From Nitrospirota bacterium (GTDB lineage: Bacteria > Nitrospirota > Thermodesulfovibrionia > Thermodesulfovibrionales > JdFR-86), in assembly GCA_963721805.1 (NCBI GenBank), contig CAVRJY010000001.1, positions 1,472,001 through 1,536,000 of the forward strand: 64,000 nucleotides of DNA, in the 5' to 3' direction. Shown here one piece after another: positions 57,967 through 64,000 of the stretch. A program made the translations under genes and the position numbers. Position 1 is the stretch's first letter. Every line of letters starts with the position of its first letter. Under the pieces are notes generated by a model. It ran no database searches, had not been told where the DNA came from, and worked only from the letters and a program-made list of their open reading frames with translations.

Positions 57967-58803
57967 ATGCTGAAGCTCAGAGACGGCGTGGTCGAACTGT
58001 ACCGCAAGGCCGCGACCTCGCTCCCGCCTGACGTCGAGGCCGCGCTGCGGGCAGCGTACGAGTCCGAGGCAGAGGGCTCAAACGCGCGCGCCGCGATCAC
58101 GCAGTACCTGGAGGAGATCACAAGCTCCCGCGAGGGCAAGGTCCCGCTATGCATGGGCAGCGGGTTTCCGGTATTCCTCGTAAAGGCCCCGAAGGGCCTG
58201 AGCCAGAAGGAGCTCACCGAGACGCTGATCGAGGCCACGCGCATCGCTACGCTCAAGATCCCGCTTAGCCAAAGCGCGGTCAACATCATCACGAACGTCA
58301 ACACCGGCGACAACACCGGCACCGGGTTCCCGCGCATCGTGTTCGAGGAGTCCCCAAACCAGACGCTCACTATTGAGCTGCTTCTGGAGAGCGCGGCCTC
58401 AGACACCATGGGCCGCACCTACGCCCTCCCCTCGCCCGAGATCGGGGCCAATGCAGATTTCGACGCGGTCGAGAAATGCGTGATCCACGCGCTTCGCAAC
58501 TCCGGCATGAAGGCCTGCCCGCCTTATATCATAGGGGTCGGCATCGGTGGCTCGCGCGAGCAGGTCACCGCGCTGAGCAAGCTCCAGCTCCGCCGAAGGC
58601 TGCAAGACAAAAACCCCGACCCCGCGCTCGCGGCGCTCGAAGACCGCACGCTCGGCGCTGTAAACGCCATCGCCCCGGAGGGCGACCGCAAGGTCATCGC
58701 GCTGGGGGTGAAGATTGGGGCAGGACATAGGCAGCCCACGGCGTACCTCGTCGACGTGGCCATTTCCTGCTGGGCTACACGACGTGCGAAATTGATTTGG
58801 TAG
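57967..58803 (+). CDS. class I fumarate hydratase / tartrate dehydratase alpha-subunit homologue (divergent)
   Basis: LPPDV, NTGDNTG, ACPP..IGVGIGG, CWATRR; substrate-site motifs altered. Confidence 0.75.
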   Translation: MLKLRDGVVELYRKAATSLPPDVEAALRAAYESEAEGSNARAAITQYLEEITSSREGKVPLCMGSGFPVFLVKAPKGLSQKELTETLIEATRIATLKIPLSQSAVNIITNVNTGDNTGTGFPRIVFEESPNQTLTIELLLESAASDTMGRTYALPSPEIGANADFDAVEKCVIHALRNSGMKACPPYIIGVGIGGSREQVTALSKLQLRRRLQDKNPDPALAALEDRTLGAVNAIAPEGDRKVIALGVKIGAGHRQPTAYLVDVAISCWATRRAKLIW

Positions 58804-58812
58804 CCTTCTTTG

Positions 58813-58936
58813 AAAGCGATCGAAATCGCGTGATACGTTGTCACGGCTTCGAAGACACGCCCTCGGAGTACGTCTCAGTACACCGTCGGGCGGTCTTCTC
58901 ACCGTTCCTAGTCTGACGCTGATTTCGGCTCGCTTT
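58813..58936. repeat. ~124-bp imperfect palindromic element, copy A
   Basis: AAAGCG...GAAATC...AGTAC-N-GTAC...GATTTC...CGCTTT; its reverse complement aligns with 60114..60233. Confidence 0.7.
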
Positions 58937-59363
58937 GCGAAGTGCGCGGCCCAGCCGCTGCCTCCGCGCCTCGCGGTCAAAAGCATGTTCTGATGCCCCC
59001 GCTTAGGCATACATACGCATACCGCGCGCGCGTTTTCTTTTATGTGTTCGGATGTTTGGGACAATAATTGGACTAACCCTCTGGAATAATATTGTTTTTC
59101 TGAGTCCATTCCTGTTCGGATGTTCGGATGTTTTACCCGTAAATTCCTTTGTTAGTTCGGATGCCGCTGAGCGCCGGCGCGGCCTCCTTCGCCCCCTGCC
59201 CCGCCCATCAGATATGAATCTATCTTGCTCATCGCACCACTATACACCAAGAAACACCAAACTTTGGTTTATATATAAACCAAAGGCTATAGGAAAATTT
59301 CATCACCGTGCGTTTTCTATTAACTTACGATTAACTATAGTTAGTGAACCCATATGTGAAGCC

Positions 59364-59396
59364 TTGACTCCTGACCTAAATATGGACTATATTTAG
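59364..59396 (+). promoter_or_regulatory. toxin-antitoxin promoter with overlapping operator palindrome
   Basis: TTGACT-N18-TATATT; CTAAATAT-GGACT-ATATTTAG inverted repeat over the -10. Confidence 0.7.
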
Positions 59397-59410
59397 CCTT
59401 GGAGGAAAAC

Positions 59411-59680
59411 ATGAAACTATCCGAGCAGATAAAGCCGATCAGCTACCTTAAAACCCATATCGCGGATATAGTTCGCGACCTTGGCAAGCGGCACGACTCT
59501 CTGGTGATAACCCAAAACGGCGAGGCCAAGGCCGTGATTCAGGACATCGCCAGCTATGAGCAGACACAGGAAACCATGGCCCTGCTTAAAATCCTCGCCC
59601 TCGGCAATCGCCAGATAGAGGAGGGCAAAGTAGAATCCGCCGCTGATGTGATAAAGCGTATCCGCGCGGGCCGGGCCTGA
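59411..59680 (+). CDS. Phd/YefM family antitoxin
   Basis: IKPISYLK...LVITQNGEAKAVIQD; GGAGG RBS; TGATG coupling to the toxin. Confidence 0.9.
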   Translation: MKLSEQIKPISYLKTHIADIVRDLGKRHDSLVITQNGEAKAVIQDIASYEQTQETMALLKILALGNRQIEEGKVESAADVIKRIRAGRA

Positions 59681-60006
59681 TGGGCCTTCAGGTCCTCCTG
59701 ACCGCCGATGCAGCGAGCGACCTAAGCGAACTTTATGATTATATAGCCTCGCACGATGCCCCGCGCAAGGCCGATCAGGTACTGGATAAGATAGAGGATA
59801 GCTTCAACAGCCTGTCGGAATCTCCCCTGCGCGGATCGTATCCCAAGGAGCTCCTTGCCCTCGGCATACGCGAATACCGGGAGGTGTTCTTCAAGCCATA
59901 CCGGATTATCTATCGGGTTGCAGACAAAAAGGTCTATATCGTCCTGATCGCCGATGGCCGCCGCGATATGCAGACATTGCTTCAGCGCAGACTCCTCGAA
60001 GACTGA
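59680..60006 (+). CDS. RelE/ParE family toxin
   Basis: LT..A..DL..LYDYI, YRE....YRIIYRV, DGRRDM. Confidence 0.88.
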   Translation: MGLQVLLTADAASDLSELYDYIASHDAPRKADQVLDKIEDSFNSLSESPLRGSYPKELLALGIREYREVFFKPYRIIYRVADKKVYIVLIADGRRDMQTLLQRRLLED

Positions 60007-60113
60007 GCACGGGGGTAGCGGGCATTCATCCCCTTCCTTGGAGGCCGGGAGCAGCAGCAGGCGGGTCTCAATTAAGCCGTTGACCGCTCGCACGATTATG
60101 CATAGGCCGCATT

Positions 60114-60233
60114 AAAGCGAGCGAAATTTCGGCAGACAAGGAACCGGGCGAAAAACGACCGGAGGCGTACTGAACGTACGTTGAGGATCGTTTTTTGAAC
60201 GGTGACGCAGTATCCCGGAATTGCAGCCGCTTT
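60114..60233. repeat. ~120-bp imperfect palindromic element, copy B (inverted relative to A)
   Basis: AAAGCGAGCGAAAT...CAGACAAGGAAC...GTACTGAACGTAC...GTGAC...GTATC...CGCTTT. Confidence 0.7.
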
Positions 60234-60254
60234 CCAGAGAGCTAACGGAAGAGC

Positions 60255-60677
60255 TTACTTTACTACTAGCACCGCGCATGGCGAGTGGTCGACTACGCGG
60301 GCGGATACGCTGCCGAGCAGAAACTTCCTTGCCCCGTGCCTGCCGTGCGAGCCGACGACCAGCAGGTCGATCTTCATCTTGCGCGCAGTCTCGATGATGA
60401 TGTCCTGCACCGGGCCCTGCCGCACTATCGTCTTTATCTCGAGGTTCGTCTTCCCCGCGACCTTCGTGCGTATCGCATCCATCTGCGCCTTGGTCTCGCG
60501 CTCCAGGGAGTCCGTGATGCGCTGCCGCTCCGCGTCAGAGAGTTCCGTCAGGTACAGCTCAGGCACCACTCCGAGCACCGAGAGCGAGGACTGAAACTTA
60601 ATCGCGATATCTATGGCCTTCCTGAGGGCCTTGTCGGATGCCTTGGAACCGTCATGAGCTACCAGAATCTTCTTCAT
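60255..60677 (-). CDS. universal stress protein
   Basis: KILVAHDGS, DLLVVGSHG, LGSVS...PCAVLVVK. Confidence 0.92.
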   Translation of the reverse strand: MKKILVAHDGSKASDKALRKAIDIAIKFQSSLSVLGVVPELYLTELSDAERQRITDSLERETKAQMDAIRTKVAGKTNLEIKTIVRQGPVQDIIIETARKMKIDLLVVGSHGRHGARKFLLGSVSARVVDHSPCAVLVVK

Positions 60678-60824
60678 AGTGTCGAGCTCTCCGTCAGCCG
60701 TATTTTCAGACTAAGTGATATTGTAGCACCAGCGGGGAGATAAGGCCACGCATTTTTTATCTTCTGCTTCTGCGCCTTCGGTGATATAATCTCAGCAAGA
60801 CACCTAACGCAAGGGGGACATGAG

Positions 60825-61388
60825 ATGAAGACCGCGCTTTTGATAGCCGCCCTGCTGGCCGCAGCGCCGTCGGCGGCCCTCGCTGCGGACGTATACGTCA
60901 AGGACCGCTCGCCGATGTTTCAGGTCACGCCCGGCTCGGTCTACCACTACTACGTGAGCCCCGATGAGCTCCCCCCGAGCGCCCGCTTCACGCCCGACTT
61001 CATCACCGCGATGTTTGTGGACGGCGCGAAGGCCGTCTCGCGCAAGGACGCCGATGCCGCCGTACGCCACATGCTGCCGGACGCCAAGGTAGTAGTAGCC
61101 GAGCAGCCCCGCGAGGAGGAGAAGGACTTCTCCTCGCCCAGGGAATACGCCGACTACCTGAAGGCCAGGTGGAAAGGGGCATCGAGGGTAAGGTGCAGGA
61201 TCGAGGAGGCCGGTGTCGTGATCGCTGACGACGGCCAGAGCGCGATGTTCAAGGCGAAGTTCATCAAGTCGTACTCGGTCAAGGGCAGGAGGGTCATAAA
61301 CAGGTCATTGATCATGGCCGACGTCAAAAACACCCCGGACGGACCGATGATCGCGAAGATGGTCTTCAGGCGGATGGGCGGGAAATAA
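60825..61388 (+). CDS. exported hypothetical protein
   Basis: Signal peptide MKTALLIAALLAAAPSAALA; host codon usage. Confidence 0.65.
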   Translation: MKTALLIAALLAAAPSAALAADVYVKDRSPMFQVTPGSVYHYYVSPDELPPSARFTPDFITAMFVDGAKAVSRKDADAAVRHMLPDAKVVVAEQPREEEKDFSSPREYADYLKARWKGASRVRCRIEEAGVVIADDGQSAMFKAKFIKSYSVKGRRVINRSLIMADVKNTPDGPMIAKMVFRRMGGK

Positions 61389-61393
61389 GCGGA

Positions 61394-62386
61394 CTAGGCC
61401 GCCGGGAATAAAAAAAGCATGCCCCGGCACAGCAGCCACGAAAGCATGATGCAGATCGGCAGTGTGAATATCCACGCCAGCACTATGCTGCGCGCCACGC
61501 CCCACCGCACGGCCGAGAACCGCTTCGTGGCCCCCACGCCCATTATCGAGCACGCCTTGACGTGAGTAGTGCTCACCGGCATGCCGAAGAACGTCGCGCC
61601 GAAGATGACGCCCGTGGCCGCGATCTCGGACATGAAACCCTGCACCGGCTCCATCTTGAAGATCCCGACGCCCATGGTCCTGATCACTCGCCAGCCGCCC
61701 ATCGCCGTGCCGGTTCCCATCGCAATGGCGCACATCACCATGACCCAGAACGGGACCTCGAGCGAGTGGAGGTAGCCGCCGCTGAACAGCGAGAGAGTGA
61801 TGATGCCCATGGCCTTCTGCGCGTCGTTTGAGCCGTGGCTCAGGGCCATCAGGGCGGCCGAGAATATCTGGAGCCGGCCGAAGTGTTTGTTGAGCGTAGA
61901 GGCCGGGTAAGTCCCAAAGGTCCTAAGGAGCGCGTACATCAGGACATAGCCAGCGAGCAGCCCCAGTATGGGCGAGGTCGTGAGGGCCACCAGGATCTCG
62001 CCGATCCCTTTTAGATTGAGCACCCCGAAGCCCTTGTACGCAACCGAGGCCCCGATCAGGCCCCCTATCAGCGCGTGCGAGGAGCTTACGGGCATGCCGA
62101 TCGTGATCGTCCAGGTGTTCCACAGTATCGCTGCGAAAAGGGCGGCCAGCACGACGGTGTCGGTTATGGCCTTCGGGTCGACGATGCCCTTGCCTATGGT
62201 CTTGGCGACCGCGGTGAACAGCAGTGCTCCTACGACGTTCATCACCGCGGCGAGCACGACGGCCTTCATCGGGGTCAGGACGCGCGTCGAGACTACGGTT
62301 GCTATGGCGTTTGCCGTATCGTGCCACCCGTTGCTGATATCGAATAGCAGGGCGACCGCGATCGTGAGGATTACTATTTCATGCAT
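61394..62386 (-). CDS. inorganic phosphate transporter (PiT family)
   Basis: NGWHDTANAIAT, PVSSSHA, HGSNDAQK, PVSTTH. Confidence 0.92.
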   Translation of the reverse strand: MHEIVILTIAVALLFDISNGWHDTANAIATVVSTRVLTPMKAVVLAAVMNVVGALLFTAVAKTIGKGIVDPKAITDTVVLAALFAAILWNTWTITIGMPVSSSHALIGGLIGASVAYKGFGVLNLKGIGEILVALTTSPILGLLAGYVLMYALLRTFGTYPASTLNKHFGRLQIFSAALMALSHGSNDAQKAMGIITLSLFSGGYLHSLEVPFWVMVMCAIAMGTGTAMGGWRVIRTMGVGIFKMEPVQGFMSEIAATGVIFGATFFGMPVSTTHVKACSIMGVGATKRFSAVRWGVARSIVLAWIFTLPICIMLSWLLCRGMLFLFPAA

Positions 62387-62999
62387 GCTTAAGGACGATG
62401 CCTTCGAGAATGTTCGCTATGTCCTCGCACTTGTCGGCCGCGTCTTCGAGGTGCTCGTAGAGGTTCTTCCACTTGATGATCATCGTGGGCTTGTCGTTGA
62501 AATCGTCGAACAGCTCGCCAAGGGCGTTTCTGAATATGCGGTCGATCTTGTTTTCCATCTCGTTGATCTCGATGCAGTATTCCTTGACGTGGGCGTAGTC
62601 CTTGGTCTCAAGTTCCTTAAATGCCCTCTGGATGGCGTGCGTGGTGTCGTGGAGTTCCTTCGCGAGGTATACCGCCTCCTTCGTGGGGGCCTCGATCCGA
62701 AACACGATCATCTTGTCCACGCAGGCCCATACGAGGTCCACGACGTCGTCTATGCGCGAGGCCAGCATGTGTATGTCCTCGCGGTCCAGGGGCGTCAGGA
62801 AGGTCTTGTTGAGGTTGCGTATGATGTCGTGGGTGATCATGTCACCCTCCTGCTCGAGGTCGTGGATCTCCTGCACGATCTCCTCGGCCCTGCTGAAGTC
62901 CTCCACGAGGACTACGAGCCTCTCGGTGGTCTTGTTTGCGTTGTTGACGGCCTTGTCCAGCAGCGCAAAAAAGTCTATCTTCGCCGGGAAAAATTGCAT
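62379..62999 (-). CDS. DUF47 phosphate transport regulator (PhoU-like)
   Basis: LEQEGD, TFLTPLDREDI, LEDAADKCED; coupled to PiT. Confidence 0.9.
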   Translation of the reverse strand: MQFFPAKIDFFALLDKAVNNANKTTERLVVLVEDFSRAEEIVQEIHDLEQEGDMITHDIIRNLNKTFLTPLDREDIHMLASRIDDVVDLVWACVDKMIVFRIEAPTKEAVYLAKELHDTTHAIQRAFKELETKDYAHVKEYCIEINEMENKIDRIFRNALGELFDDFNDKPTMIIKWKNLYEHLEDAADKCEDIANILEGIVLKHA

Positions 63000-63128
63000 G
63001 GTGTGAATATTATACCATTGCATGCCTAATATTCAAATCTGATTGTCCGCCGGGCCTGCGGGCGCGGGTTGCTTTGATATCGGCCGGCGGGTTTTGCTAT
63101 ACTAACCCCTCGCGAGAAGTGGCCTGTA

Positions 63129-63202
63129 GGCGGCGTAGCTCAGTCGGTCAGAGCATGCGGCTCATATCCGCAGTGTCCGGGGTTCAAATCCCTGCGCCGC
63201 CA
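63129..63202 (+). tRNA. tRNA-Met (CAT), probably elongator; CCA not encoded
   Basis: GGCGGCGTAGCTCAG...TGCGG-CT-CAT-AT-CCGCA...GGTTCAAATCC...CGCCGCC-A. Confidence 0.88.
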
Positions 63203-63438
63203 TATTCTTCTTGCCACGACGCGGCTCGGTGATTTTTCCGGCCAGCATGCCCGCCATCTGACAGCAAACCCATCGCAGCCATCTTCGCTACCACGCTCAG
63301 TCCTAGCCCAATGTCAAATTACAGCATACATTTTGCCTTCATTTTTTGTTAATATAGCAGCTTATAATTTGCGCTATAGCTGGCAGCCAATAGACCGCTT
63401 AATCGGTCGCGGCAAACCAATATCTTTGAGGTGACGAC

Positions 63439-63657
63439 ATGAAGTGCTGGGAGTTCAAGAAATGCGGACGCGAAAAGGGCGGCGCGAAGGAAAAGGAACT
63501 GGGCGCATGCCCCGCGTATCCGGCCACGGGAAACAAGTGCGCGAGGACCACTGGCACGCTGTGCGGGAACAAGGTGCAGGGTACCTTCGCGATGAAGCTT
63601 GCAAGCTGCATGTCATGCGACTTCTATAAGAGCCCTTATTACGACAAGTCCGTCTAG
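63439..63657 (+). CDS. small Cys-rich two-CW-type protein, paralog 1
   Basis: CWEFKKCGRE...CPAYP...C...GTLCG.KVQG.FA.K...C..C.FY; GAGGT RBS. Confidence 0.8.
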   Translation: MKCWEFKKCGREKGGAKEKELGACPAYPATGNKCARTTGTLCGNKVQGTFAMKLASCMSCDFYKSPYYDKSV

Positions 63658-63680
63658 GGCCGGCACTGCGAAGGGTAACC

Positions 63681-63908
63681 ATGAATTGCTGGGAGTTTAA
63701 GAAATGCGGACGCGAGCGCAACGGGAAGCTTGAAGGCGAGCACGGCGTATGCCCGGCATATCCCAATGACGGCCATAGGTGCGCTCGCGTGGCAGGCACG
63801 TACTGCGGCGGCAAGGTCCAGGGCTCTTTCGCACGAAAGATCCTCGACTGCATGAAGTGCAATTTCTACTTGAGCGAACACTACGACACGGGCTACAGAA
63901 ACCTATAG
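63681..63908 (+). CDS. small Cys-rich two-CW-type protein, paralog 2
   Basis: Same 7-Cys pattern as paralog 1, in tandem. Confidence 0.8.
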   Translation: MNCWEFKKCGRERNGKLEGEHGVCPAYPNDGHRCARVAGTYCGGKVQGSFARKILDCMKCNFYLSEHYDTGYRNL

Positions 63909-64000
63909 CTTCAGCTCGGCCGCGCAAGCGATATGCCAATCCCCCCGGCCTTGCAATTCGAGTTACTTCAAAACTCCTTGAAGACCTTGGCCAGCGAGTC

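Noticed and set aside
59040..59165. CRISPR array
   Set aside because: Repeats are only 9 bp with irregular spacing, and no cas genes are present
58399..59396. ORFs 58399..59109 (-) and 59052..59396 (+)
   Set aside because: They cross the palindromic element, the repeats and the TA promoter; no RBS or recognisable protein features
63405..63440. c-di-GMP-I riboswitch (GGCAAACC...GGTGACG)
   Set aside because: No GNRA-capped stem or second stem; the motif runs straight into the RBS and start codon

Overview
GC-rich bacterial chromosome segment from a probable anaerobic diderm. Gene content and order are suggestive of Nitrospirota/Thermodesulfovibrionia or a deltaproteobacterium-like lineage (inference only). 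Most genes are housekeeping or metabolic: pfk-fba, rpsB-tsf-pyrH-frr, nfnAB-scpA-tsaD, era-DUF151-recO, guaB/purM, ftsH/tadA and PiT/DUF47, plus several c-di-GMP and two-component genes. There are five tRNA genes (Sec, two identical Ser-CGA, His, Met-CAT) and a selenocysteine-containing selD whose true start the ORF track misses. The most notable unannotated structure is an extended Kdp locus: a putative outer-membrane porin gene and the kdp operon carry near-identical KdpE-box promoters, and the operon has two upstream micropeptides and an extra exported protein. Other highlights are a NifA-like activator between glnK and a sigma54/UAS-driven amtB, a toxin-antitoxin pair bracketed by inverted copies of a ~120-bp palindromic element, and a perfect tRNA-Ser direct repeat bracketing ftsH-tadA. 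Single-base frameshifts in essential genes in the first ~10 kb are most likely sequencing errors.
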